Positions 18,395-27,524 of a stretch of 46,332 bases of DNA are shown here, piece after piece. A program made the translations under genes and the position numbers. Positions within the stretch are counted from its first letter, which is position 1. Each line of letters starts with the position of its first letter. The notes below the pieces were generated by a model. That model did not search any database. It was not told the origin of the DNA and saw nothing but the letters and a program-made list of their open reading frames with translations. This stretch comes from Alcanivorax sp. (GTDB taxonomy: Bacteria > Pseudomonadota > Gammaproteobacteria > Pseudomonadales > Alcanivoracaceae): positions 1-46,332 of the forward strand of contig JAWVWY010000001.1 of assembly GCA_033723495.1 (NCBI GenBank). The letters are read 5' to 3'.

Positions 18395-18530
18395 ACTGCG
18401 TTTGAAGCCTTGGTCAACGCCGGATGAAATGGGGCCCCGGACCGGGCCATAATGAGCGGCAAGTGTAGCAGCTTGTCCGCCGGCCAGGGTAATGCCCGGT
18501 ACGGCTGCGGGTATCGATATCGAGGATTGT

Positions 18531-18935
18531 ATGGAAGACGTGATCACCCTGTTGCGGGAACATCATCAGCCGTCGCTGGTAGCACTGGAATTGCCGGATG
18601 ACGACCGGCTGGTGGAAATCGAGGAAGAACTGCTGATACCACTGCCCGGTGACTACAAGGAGTTCCTGCTCACCGTTAGTGATGTCATCTGCGGCAGCCT
18701 GGAGCCGGCCACGGTCACCGACCCCCACGCCCATACCTACCTGCCGGAGCTGGCCGCCCAGGCCTGGGACCAGGGGCTGCCGCGCTATCTGATTCCGCTG
18801 TGCTGGAGCGGCCAGGATCTCTATGCGGTCAGTCAGGATGGCCAGGTGCTGTTATGGAGTGCCGAAACCGGCGTTGATGACGACGGTTTCGGCTCCATCT
18901 GGCAGTGGGCCCGGGATGTCTGGCTGGAAAGCTGA
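18531..18935 (+). CDS. SMI1/KNR4 (SUKH) family protein
   Basis: EIEEELLIPLPGDYKEFL SUKH signature, W-rich C-terminus; RBS GAGGA before ATG 18531. Confidence 0.8.
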   Translation: MEDVITLLREHHQPSLVALELPDDDRLVEIEEELLIPLPGDYKEFLLTVSDVICGSLEPATVTDPHAHTYLPELAAQAWDQGLPRYLIPLCWSGQDLYAVSQDGQVLLWSAETGVDDDGFGSIWQWARDVWLES

Positions 18936-18962
18936 CCGGCGCCTGTCGTCAGCACCGGCGTC

Positions 18963-21900
18963 TTAATCCTTGCCGCTGTCGTCTTGATTGCCGTCATTCT
19001 GAGGCGGCGCCGGCTTCTTCTGCTCGATACATAGTTGTTCGCCGTTATCACGGCGGATATGAATATCCAGCTGGCTGAAGGCAATCTCCACACCCTGTTC
19101 GCGGCACATGGTATCGATGTGGCGATTGAGCTCATCGGTGGCGGCCAGGCGGTCGCTGATGTCGCTGACATGCACTCGCAGTTCGTGGTCAAGGGTGCTG
19201 GCCCCGAAGCCCATGAAGAACACTACCGGTTCCGGGTCGCGCAGTATGCGGCGATTGTCACGGGCCGCCTTGAGCAGAATGTCGCGGCATTTCTGCAGGT
19301 CGGAACCGTAGGCGAAACCGATCTTCAACACCAGCCGGGTGACGGTATCCGATAGCGACCAGTTGATCAGCCGTTCGGTAACGAACACCTTGTTGGGCAC
19401 GATGATTTCCTTGCGGTCGAAATCAATGATGGTAGTAGCGCGGATGCGGATACGGCTGACGGTGCCGTCCAGGTTGCCGATGGTGATTACATCGCCGATG
19501 CGAATGGGGCGCTCGAACAGGATGATGATGCCGGAAATGAAGTTGGCAAAAATTTCCTGCAGACCAAAACCGAGCCCGACGCCGAGAGCGGCCACCAGCC
19601 ATTGCAGTTTGTTCCAGCTCAGCCCCAGGGTGCCCAGGGTCAGCACGGTGCCGCTCGCTACTATCACGTAGGACAGCAAGGTGGTGGTGGCGTAGCTGGT
19701 GCCCTGGCGCAGATCCAGCCGTGACAGCACCAGCACTTCCAGCAGGCCCGGCAGGTTGCTGGCCAGCAGGAAAGTGATCATGCCCACTGCCAGGGCGGTG
19801 ATCACATCGCCGAGGCTGATGGGCACCATGTCGGCGGCCACGCCGGTGCCCTGGCTGGTTTGCCACAGGACGATATTCTCGGTGTAGGAGAAGGCGTGCA
19901 GGATATCGGACCATACCCAGTAGAGCAGCACCGCAGCCCCGGCGATCAGCGCCAGCCGGATCAGGCGCAGAGACTGCTGGTTAACCTGCTTGAGATCCAT
20001 CTTGGGCTCTTCCACTTCTACCGCCTCGGAGCTGTTGCTCTCCTTGGCTTCCGCTTGCCGTTGAGCCACCGCACGGCGATAGGCCAGCCGCTGGGCGGCC
20101 ACGGCCAGACCGCGCATGGCAGTGGCGTCGACCAGCACCCACAGCATCAGCAGATAAAGACTGTCGATCATGCGCCCGGACAGGCGTACCGCAGTGTAGT
20201 AGTAGCCGATGCCAATCAGCCCCACCAGCACCAGCGGCGCCAGGGCACAGGCAGTCACTACCAGGTTACGCAACGCCCGGCTGTAGTTGCGGCTGGAGTA
20301 GGCATGGGCGGCCCGTGGCAGCATCACTGCGATCACCAGCAGCGAGCCCATCACCATCAGCAGACCGATACGATCATTACTGAGCTGGGCTGGCCATTGC
20401 TCGCCGAAGGCAATGATCAGGGTCATCGGCACGGTGGCGATGCCGGTGGCCAGCAGGCGCCGTCGCATTTGCTGGTTATGGGCGGCATCCCAGCGGAAGT
20501 GACGCTGGGCGATGCCGTTCTGGGCCAGCAACCGGTAGGCCAGCTCGATCACCAGCCACAGCAGGGCAATCTTGGCCAGGGCGGCCCCGAATACCGTGGT
20601 CAGGGTTTGTGGCTGTAACCACAGACCGGCGCCCAGCAGCGCCACCAGTAACGGACCGGGCGCGGCCAGCAGTGCGCTGAAGCCAATGGCCATGGGGGTA
20701 TGACCCTGGCTGTCGCGGCGCAGGAAACCCACATCATGGTTGAGCGCATCGAGACGTTTCCTGATGGCCGGGCGGCGCAGCAGCAACAGCAGCGAAGGTG
20801 CCAGCATCAGCAACAGCCAGGGCCATTTGCTTTTCAGCAGGCTCAGGCTGTCGGCGAAAATTTTCTGCCAGGGAATACTCTGGAACTGCTGACCGATCTG
20901 GGCGGGTAGCTGGCCCAGCCACTTGAAGGTGACCGGTTGCGTGCTGGGCATCCAGAAGGTCTGTTCGGAGATGGTGTTGTGCAGGGTTTCGGCGATATTG
21001 CGCAGCTGTTTCTGGTTGAGCTGGGTGCGAACCAGAATGGTCAACTTGCGGCCCAGCTCCTGGTCCAGCTGGCTGTACAGTTCCAGGCGGTCGCTGCGGA
21101 TCAGTGACAGGGTATCGCGGACCTTGTCGCTGAGCGGCTGGCCATCGGCGCTCTGAGAGGGCTGCGTGGCCGCCGACAATGCCTGGCGTTGCTGGTTAAC
21201 CTCGAACTGGGCCAGCCGGGTATCGGAGATTTCCTTGCTCAGCTCATCGTCGCGGCTGACCTTGGGCAGGCTTTTCTGTTGCTCGTAGAGCACCCGTGAC
21301 AGCAACAGGCTGCCATCCAGCATGCGGATCTGGTCGTTGACGGTGCTCGACAGGCTGCGCGCCTTGTCCAGCCGGGTCTTGGTATTGATGGCCTCGCGCA
21401 GCAAGTCGTTGACGTCTTCACTGAGGCTGTTGAGTTGCTGGCGAAGACTGCGATTGAGTGTCAGGGCCTTGTTGACCTGTGGGTTCTGGCGCACTTCCTC
21501 GGGCAAGGTCTTGCCGCTGCGATCCTCCTGCTCTTTGAGGCGGTTGGCGCGTCGCTGATTGATCAGCGGTTGCAGAGCATTGAGCTTCTGCTCGATGAGC
21601 TTTTCCTGGGCTTCCAGAATGCGTTTACGCAGCCGTGCCACCTCCTGGCGCTTGCCGGAGGCGGACAGTTCCTGATTGCGCAGATCAATACGGCTTTGCA
21701 GGGCCTGCATTTCGGTGGTCAGGCGCTGTTCACGGGCCGGCGTGAGTGGTTCCTGCTTGCTGCCGCCATTAAGCAGGGGGCGGATTTCGTCCATCCGTGA
21801 TAACGCCGCACTGATGTCGTCCTGGGCGTGTTCCGGCAGGGTCTGTTCGTGGGTCAGGACGCCATTGACCTCGGCCAGGTCGCTCTGGTTCTTCTCCAGC

Positions 21901-22307
21901 AGGTTGAGCTGTTTGATCAGAGTATTGACCAGGCTATCCAGGTCTTCACTGTCATAGTGTTTGTTCCAGTCTTCCTGCAGGTCCTTGTGCTGACTCTGCA
22001 GGTCCCGGTCCAGCTTGGCCAGGGTCACCGGCGCCTGGCCGGTTTCCTTTTTGAGTGCCTCAATCTGCTTGGTGTTGTCATCGATTTCGCGGCGGAAGCT
22101 GATGGCTTTTTGCAGCTCCTGCTGTCGGCTGGAGAGGGGCTGTTGATTACCCGCCGGATTGCTGTCGCTTTGACCAGGCAGTTGCTGGCTGTCATTGAGC
22201 TGCTTTTCCAGGTTGCTGATGCTGGGCAGCCCGGCCGTCTGGGCGCTTGCCAGCAGCGGTAACAGCAGCAGTATCAGCAAAAACGGCAATCCACCGCGTC
22301 GATCCAT
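18963..22307 (-). CDS. mscK: Mechanosensitive channel MscK/KefA-type
   Basis: Signal peptide, long periplasmic coiled coil, multi-TM region, MscS core (GVGLGFGLQEIFANFISGIIILFERPIRIGD, IRIRATT, VPNK). RBS GAAGGA before ATG 22307. Confidence 0.9.
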   Translation of the reverse strand: MDRRGGLPFLLILLLLPLLASAQTAGLPSISNLEKQLNDSQQLPGQSDSNPAGNQQPLSSRQQELQKAISFRREIDDNTKQIEALKKETGQAPVTLAKLDRDLQSQHKDLQEDWNKHYDSEDLDSLVNTLIKQLNLLEKNQSDLAEVNGVLTHEQTLPEHAQDDISAALSRMDEIRPLLNGGSKQEPLTPAREQRLTTEMQALQSRIDLRNQELSASGKRQEVARLRKRILEAQEKLIEQKLNALQPLINQRRANRLKEQEDRSGKTLPEEVRQNPQVNKALTLNRSLRQQLNSLSEDVNDLLREAINTKTRLDKARSLSSTVNDQIRMLDGSLLLSRVLYEQQKSLPKVSRDDELSKEISDTRLAQFEVNQQRQALSAATQPSQSADGQPLSDKVRDTLSLIRSDRLELYSQLDQELGRKLTILVRTQLNQKQLRNIAETLHNTISEQTFWMPSTQPVTFKWLGQLPAQIGQQFQSIPWQKIFADSLSLLKSKWPWLLLMLAPSLLLLLRRPAIRKRLDALNHDVGFLRRDSQGHTPMAIGFSALLAAPGPLLVALLGAGLWLQPQTLTTVFGAALAKIALLWLVIELAYRLLAQNGIAQRHFRWDAAHNQQMRRRLLATGIATVPMTLIIAFGEQWPAQLSNDRIGLLMVMGSLLVIAVMLPRAAHAYSSRNYSRALRNLVVTACALAPLVLVGLIGIGYYYTAVRLSGRMIDSLYLLMLWVLVDATAMRGLAVAAQRLAYRRAVAQRQAEAKESNSSEAVEVEEPKMDLKQVNQQSLRLIRLALIAGAAVLLYWVWSDILHAFSYTENIVLWQTSQGTGVAADMVPISLGDVITALAVGMITFLLASNLPGLLEVLVLSRLDLRQGTSYATTTLLSYVIVASGTVLTLGTLGLSWNKLQWLVAALGVGLGFGLQEIFANFISGIIILFERPIRIGDVITIGNLDGTVSRIRIRATTIIDFDRKEIIVPNKVFVTERLINWSLSDTVTRLVLKIGFAYGSDLQKCRDILLKAARDNRRILRDPEPVVFFMGFGASTLDHELRVHVSDISDRLAATDELNRHIDTMCREQGVEIAFSQLDIHIRRDNGEQLCIEQKKPAPPQNDGNQDDSGKD

Positions 22308-22320
22308 ACCGAGTGTTCCT

Positions 22321-23010
22321 TCAAAGGGTTTTCGCGAGCTTAGCAAGCTGTTGCAGGCGGCGCAGTAACTGGCGAATCAGGCCCAGTTCCCGTTGGCCGG
22401 CCAGAGGCAGCAGTTCTTCCACCCACTGCGCCAGATTATCCTGGTGACCGATGCCCAGGGTAGTCAGCCCCTGCCGCAACGCCTGACGAGTATGGGCGTA
22501 GGTGTCGGCATCAACCGTGTCAGGGGCTGTCACCGTGGACAGAGTCTTGCGCAATTCCCAGGCGTAGACCATCACCGCCTGGCCCAGGTTCAGTGATGGC
22601 TGTGGATGGGCCAGCGGGATGCGGCTGGCCAGATCACAGCGTTCCACTTCCTTGCCGGTCAGACCGCTGGATTCACGCCCAAACACGATGGCCACCCGGC
22701 GCAGTTGCCCCTGCTTGGCGGCCAGCAATCCGGCGCACTGGTGGGCATCCACATAGCGGTCTTTCTGTAACCGGCGGCGGGCGGTGCAGGCAATGCTCAG
22801 ATCCACATCGCCAAGGGCGCTGGCCAGATCCGGGTGATGGGTGGCCTGTTGCAGCAGCTCCTGGCTCTGGTGGGCGACCCAGTCTGCGGCGGTCAGGTCA
22901 CCGGGATTGACCAGCCGCAGCTGGCTGAATCCCATGGTCTTGATGGCGCGCGCTGCGGCGCCGACGTTCTCGGCGCGGGCCGGTTCCACCAGTACAAATA
23001 CGATCTCCAC
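22321..23010 (-). CDS. lasT: SPOUT tRNA/rRNA methyltransferase (LasT/YjtD/TrmJ-like)
   Basis: VLVEPARAENVGAAARAIKTMGF, VFGRESSGL, PSLNLGQAV; GTG start at 23010 with RBS AAAGGA. Confidence 0.82.
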   Translation of the reverse strand: MEIVFVLVEPARAENVGAAARAIKTMGFSQLRLVNPGDLTAADWVAHQSQELLQQATHHPDLASALGDVDLSIACTARRRLQKDRYVDAHQCAGLLAAKQGQLRRVAIVFGRESSGLTGKEVERCDLASRIPLAHPQPSLNLGQAVMVYAWELRKTLSTVTAPDTVDADTYAHTRQALRQGLTTLGIGHQDNLAQWVEELLPLAGQRELGLIRQLLRRLQQLAKLAKTL

Positions 23011-23194
23011 GTGCTGTCCTTTACTGCCGACGGTGTTGACGGTGACATTGTAATCCCCCGGCGCCGGCATGGCAGAAAATGTCCATGAATTGTCCGGCCA
23101 GGTCCTAGGGAGAGGCGCCGTCATTGGTTATTGTTTATGCAAAAAGCAGAACAACAGTCTCAATAAAAACAGCAAACCAAAAACGGGGGATCCC

Positions 23195-24217
23195 ATGAAG
23201 AAGCTAGTCTTTTCCGGCCTGCTTGTGGCCAGCGTGTTGTCAGTACCCGCTCACGCCTTCCAGCAAATTACCCATAAACGCATAGCCATGGATGCAGTGC
23301 AGTACATGAAGGAGCATCCCGATAGCACCGAGTTTGCCCGGCTCAAGGCCTGGGTCAACGCGGCCGGCTATACCGTTGACCAGTTCGCCGAGGTGCTGGG
23401 GCAGGGCGCCTATGACGTGGATGATTTCCAGGACACCTTCCTGTGTGGCGCGGTCAGTGGTGATTGCGTCTATGCGCCGGTATTCGATGCCGGCGCGTCG
23501 CTGGTCAACTACACCTCCTACTGGCATTTCCAGAATCACACCCGCGGACCGGACGTACATGGCAACGATCTGGGCGGCTACGACTATGCGTTGCTGACCG
23601 TATGGGGCGACATCGACAACATGGCCGCTTCCTGGCTGTACGGCGATTACATGGATGATGGCAACGGCGGCATGACCGGCTGGTGGTCTTCCGATGATTC
23701 CGAGTACAACACCTACGGCATTACCGAAGCCAACTATCGTCAGGGCAGCACCTCCACCAAGTCCATGTACGATGACTTCGAGGACATGCCGTTCCAGCCC
23801 ATCGATAATCTGGGCGAGTACTGGTACAAGCAGTTCCTGGCCAACCCTACCGCCCAGACTCTGGGCTACGTGATGCACACCACCGACCTGCTGCAGCCGC
23901 ACCACGTCTGGACCACTTCGGCGCTCAACCACAGTGGCTGGGAATCCTGGGTGGCCGACTATTACGACAGCGAAAATCTCAATGAGACGGCGCTGGTCAC
24001 GCAGGCGCTGGGTGATTACACGCCGCTGGCCGCCGGCAGCAATGATATCCGTCCGCTGCTCACCCAGGGCGGTGACATTGCCTACGCCAACGGCGGCATC
24101 GTGCTGTCCAGCACCGACCAGGCTGATCGGGTGCAGGTGGGGCGCATCGTCATTCCCCATGCTATTGCCATGGTGGTGCTGCTGCTTGACCACGCCATGC
24201 TGCAGATCAATCCCTGA
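23195..24217 (+). CDS. plcB: Secreted zinc-dependent phospholipase C (PlcB-like, PLC/P1 nuclease fold)
   Basis: Signal peptide ending AHA, mature N-terminus F-x4-H, LGYVMHTTDLLQPHH and HSGWE Zn-ligand motifs; followed by PPIase and small accessory gene as in P. aeruginosa plcB-PA0027-PA0028. Confidence 0.72.
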   Translation: MKKLVFSGLLVASVLSVPAHAFQQITHKRIAMDAVQYMKEHPDSTEFARLKAWVNAAGYTVDQFAEVLGQGAYDVDDFQDTFLCGAVSGDCVYAPVFDAGASLVNYTSYWHFQNHTRGPDVHGNDLGGYDYALLTVWGDIDNMAASWLYGDYMDDGNGGMTGWWSSDDSEYNTYGITEANYRQGSTSTKSMYDDFEDMPFQPIDNLGEYWYKQFLANPTAQTLGYVMHTTDLLQPHHVWTTSALNHSGWESWVADYYDSENLNETALVTQALGDYTPLAAGSNDIRPLLTQGGDIAYANGGIVLSSTDQADRVQVGRIVIPHAIAMVVLLLDHAMLQINP

Positions 24218-24225
24218 GGCTTGAT

Positions 24226-24247
24226 GGCCGGCCCGTTCGGGCCGGCC
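24226..24247 (+). other. GC-rich intercistronic hairpin between plcB-like gene and PPIase gene
   Basis: GGCCGGCCC-gttc-GGGCCGGCC. Confidence 0.6.
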
Positions 24248-24260
24248 CGGAGGCAACACC

Positions 24261-25580
24261 ATGCAAAAGCGATATGGGCTGATGCTGGCGGTGCTGGTGG
24301 TAGCCGCTGCCGCAGTGGCGGCCTGGCACTGGCGGCCGTTGCCGGCCTCGGTGGCGGCACGGATCGATGGCGAGGATATTCCACTGGCGGCGCTGGATGT
24401 GTTTGTCCGCGCCAGCCGCCTGCGTGACCCCCAGGCGACCCGCGAGAGCGTGCTCAAGGGGCTGGTGGAAAACCGTCTGTTGGCACGGGTGCAGGCCAGT
24501 CAGCCGGTCGTCACGTCGCCGCAACGGGTCGGTTACGATGCGGCCACGCAACTGGAGCACCAGCGCTTCAAACTGTTGCGCAGTGCCTTTGCCGCGCCCC
24601 TGCAAAAGGCGGTGACGGCCAGTGGCACCCGTAACAGCCTGGGCTATCTGACCCGGCCACTGGCCCTGGATGGCAAGGCGCTGGCACCGTTACTCAGTGT
24701 CCAGCAGCAGCTCTACAGCGACCTCACCGCCGGCCAGCAGGCAGCCGCCGCCAACTATGTATTGGCCCGCTATCGGTTTAGCCCGCAACAGCCGGAGCAG
24801 CAACTAACGCTCTGGGGCCTTTACCGGCGCCAGAACGTTCAGCTCAAGGTACAGATGCAGAATCTCAACCTGGGCTTTATCCGTGAAGCGGTGCGTCAGT
24901 ATCTCACCGAAGCCTATGTGTTCTACTGGTTCGAGCATCACTCCGGCCTCAGTGCCAAGGCCCGTGCGGCGGTCAACCGTTGTGTGGCCGATGCCATGGC
25001 CCGCGAAACGCTGCTGCGGCACCTGGGCCTGCATCACGACATGCACGAGGACAACCCGCAACTGCGACAACTGGCGGCGAGAGTCAGCGATCAAGAAGTG
25101 GCGGCCTATTATCATCAGCATCAGGATGACTTTATTCATATCCAGCGGGTTCATGCCCGCCATATCCGCCTGGACAGCCAGGCCGAGGCGGACCAGGTCT
25201 ACCAAAAGATCCAGCAGGGGCTGACCTTTGACCAGGCGGTGCGGCAGTTCTCCCGCGCCGCCGACCGCAGCCAGGGCGGTGCGCTTGGCTGGATTGACCG
25301 GGACAGCAAGCTCGGCCACTGGAGCCTGGCGCTGGCCTTCGTACAGCCGCTCAACCAGGTGTCACGGCCATTCCGCAGCCCCGATACGGATGGCCCGGCG
25401 CATTGGGAAATCCTGCTGGTGGACCAGCGCGATACCCGTTTCCAGCGTATCGACAGTGAAGCGGTGCATTATCGCGCCAGCCGCGCCATTGCCCGTGACA
25501 AGCTGCTACAACAGTTCCGTGACCTGGTGGCGCAGACCTCGGCGGCGGCGCGGGTACAGATTCATCACGAGGTGCTGTGA
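24261..25580 (+). CDS. Membrane-anchored parvulin/PpiC-type peptidyl-prolyl isomerase (PA0027-like)
   Basis: N-terminal TM anchor; VHARHIRL...FDQAVRQFS...GGALGWI rotamase motif. Confidence 0.8.
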   Translation: MQKRYGLMLAVLVVAAAAVAAWHWRPLPASVAARIDGEDIPLAALDVFVRASRLRDPQATRESVLKGLVENRLLARVQASQPVVTSPQRVGYDAATQLEHQRFKLLRSAFAAPLQKAVTASGTRNSLGYLTRPLALDGKALAPLLSVQQQLYSDLTAGQQAAAANYVLARYRFSPQQPEQQLTLWGLYRRQNVQLKVQMQNLNLGFIREAVRQYLTEAYVFYWFEHHSGLSAKARAAVNRCVADAMARETLLRHLGLHHDMHEDNPQLRQLAARVSDQEVAAYYHQHQDDFIHIQRVHARHIRLDSQAEADQVYQKIQQGLTFDQAVRQFSRAADRSQGGALGWIDRDSKLGHWSLALAFVQPLNQVSRPFRSPDTDGPAHWEILLVDQRDTRFQRIDSEAVHYRASRAIARDKLLQQFRDLVAQTSAAARVQIHHEVL

Positions 25581-26185
25581 TGCGAGTGCTCTTGATAACG
25601 GTATCGGTGCTGTTGGTGGCGTCGCTGGCCTGGATTCTGCGCCAGCCGGTCGCCACGCCGTCAGGCTCGCCAGCGCCGGCGCTGGCGGCCGAGCCGGTGC
25701 AGGCTCAGTCACTGGAGGCATCAGCACCGCCTGCCGTGTCGGAGACGGCCAGTGTGCCGCCTGGCGACCACCGGCCGGCGGCGCCATTGCCGCAGGCCGT
25801 GCCGACACCGCCACCGGCAGTGGTGGCGTCATTGCGTCATGCCATGGCCAATGGGGATCCGCGCACGCCGCCGCTGGTGCGCCCCACGGACCTGCGCAAA
25901 CCGCCCAGTGCCGCCGAGCTGGCTGACCCGCAGCTTTACCAGCAATACGAGACGCGTCAGAAAATGCGCGTCTATGCGGCTTTTGTGAAGGCCTCCGGCC
26001 AGAAAATCACGAAGCTGGAAACATTGATCGCCCGGGGCAAGCAGGGCGGGGTGAGTGCCGCGCAGCTGGCGGAGGGGCAGGCCAAGCTGGATCAGCTGCG
26101 CCAGCAGCGCAACAAGACGTTGGCCCACTACCCGGACCTGGCCAAGGCGGCAGCGCCGCCGCCGGATCAGTCGCAGCCGGACTGA
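25580..26185 (+). CDS. Membrane-anchored Pro/Ala-rich hypothetical protein (PA0028-like, possible chaperone)
   Basis: TGATG translational coupling to the PPIase gene; N-terminal TM, Pro-rich stalk, helical C-domain (GDPRTPP...LADPQLYQQYE). Confidence 0.7.
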   Translation: MRVLLITVSVLLVASLAWILRQPVATPSGSPAPALAAEPVQAQSLEASAPPAVSETASVPPGDHRPAAPLPQAVPTPPPAVVASLRHAMANGDPRTPPLVRPTDLRKPPSAAELADPQLYQQYETRQKMRVYAAFVKASGQKITKLETLIARGKQGGVSAAQLAEGQAKLDQLRQQRNKTLAHYPDLAKAAAPPPDQSQPD

Positions 26186-27078
26186 CCGACCAGCTCGTCG
26201 ACGCTGGCGTTGATGGCCTGGTCGTGCGGGGCCAGGGCATGGGCCTGGCAGATGCTGTCGTGGGCGGACTGCAGCTGGCCGGCCTGTTCATAGGCATAGG
26301 CCAGATTGTTCCAGGCGGCGGCAAAGTCCGGCGCCAGCTCGGTGGCCTTCTCAAACGCCAGGGTAGCCTGCACCGGGTCGCCGGCGGCCCACAGGGCATT
26401 GCCCTGTCCAAACCACAGCTTGCCGCTGTCGGGGAAGGCCTTGACTGCCGCCGGCCAGAACTGGGCGCTATTGGGCAGCGGGGTAATGGCGGCAAACAGG
26501 CCATCGGCGCTGGCACTGGCGGGCAGTTGTCCCGGCGCCACCAGGGTAAAGCCCCACAGATCAGCTCGCGCCCAGGTGCGAATAAAGCGGTTCCAGATAC
26601 TGACACTGTGGGCGTGGGTGCCGCTGTGCAGCACTATCCTTTCGCCCCCCTTGTAGTAGCCGGTCACCACCGCGTAATGCCATTGCGGCAGGCTGGGCAG
26701 GGCCAGATTCTGCAGAATCAGCACCGGGCGACCGACTTGCAGTTCCTTGAACAGGGCGTCGGGGCTGCGTACCGGGTAGGCCATCAGGCCCCGGGCGCGG
26801 GCGGCACCTTCCAGCTCCATGCCCAGACTGCCCTTGCGTTTGGGCAGCCAGACTTCCTTGACCAGGCTGTCAGCACTGACCGGCTGGTTGGCCCATTGCA
26901 GCATCATTGCCAGGGCGGCGGGGCCGCACTGGTATTTTCTCTGTGCCACAAAGGGCACATCCAGCTGCTGTTCGGGACGGGCGTTGGCCCGGTCCGGGGG
27001 CGGGAAACTCTGGCAGCCCGCCAGTAACAGCAGGGCTGCCAGCATGACGACGGTGGGCGCCGTCAGACGCTGAATCAT
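26167..27078 (-). CDS. PA2778-family cysteine peptidase (C39-like lipoprotein with TPR)
   Basis: Lipobox LLAGC; VPFVAQ...QCGPAALAM catalytic Cys; WHYAVVTGY His; C-terminal TPRs (AWNNLAYAY). Confidence 0.85.
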   Translation of the reverse strand: MIQRLTAPTVVMLAALLLLAGCQSFPPPDRANARPEQQLDVPFVAQRKYQCGPAALAMMLQWANQPVSADSLVKEVWLPKRKGSLGMELEGAARARGLMAYPVRSPDALFKELQVGRPVLILQNLALPSLPQWHYAVVTGYYKGGERIVLHSGTHAHSVSIWNRFIRTWARADLWGFTLVAPGQLPASASADGLFAAITPLPNSAQFWPAAVKAFPDSGKLWFGQGNALWAAGDPVQATLAFEKATELAPDFAAAWNNLAYAYEQAGQLQSAHDSICQAHALAPHDQAINASVDELVGQSGCD

Positions 27079-27470
27079 TGCGTGTTGATGGGATGAATCG
27101 CCGGGAAGACATTGGTGGCGCCGAGCAGATCCAGCACGATGAGGATCACGATGATGGCCACAATCAGGCCAATGACGCCCTGACCGGCCGGCAGATCATC
27201 GGCCTTCTGGGCCAGTTGCTGCAATTGCTGGTCGGAGAGGCGGTCGAGCCGCTGGCTGACCTGTTCCTTGCTGACGCCATAATCGCCCAGCACCTTGGCG
27301 GCGGCCTGGCGATCCATCAGCTGCATGACCTTGTCTTTCATGGCAGCCCGTTGTTGCTGGGCCAGCACGGTATCGTTCTGGATCATGGCCGCCTGGGCGG
27401 CGGGCACCACCAGCAGTTGGGTAAAAAGCAGCAGCGCCGTGGTCAGCAGGCCGGTGATGGATTTTTTCAT
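27075..27470 (-). CDS. PA2779-family protein
   Basis: Signal peptide (…PAAQA), helical body, LPAGQG motif, C-terminal hydrophobic helix; ATGA overlap with the peptidase gene. Confidence 0.82.
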   Translation of the reverse strand: MKKSITGLLTTALLLFTQLLVVPAAQAAMIQNDTVLAQQQRAAMKDKVMQLMDRQAAAKVLGDYGVSKEQVSQRLDRLSDQQLQQLAQKADDLPAGQGVIGLIVAIIVILIVLDLLGATNVFPAIHPINTQ

Positions 27471-27524
27471 AGGGTTATCTCCAACGTTGTCGGAATTCAC
27501 TGGCAGGTTAGCAGCCCGCGAGAT

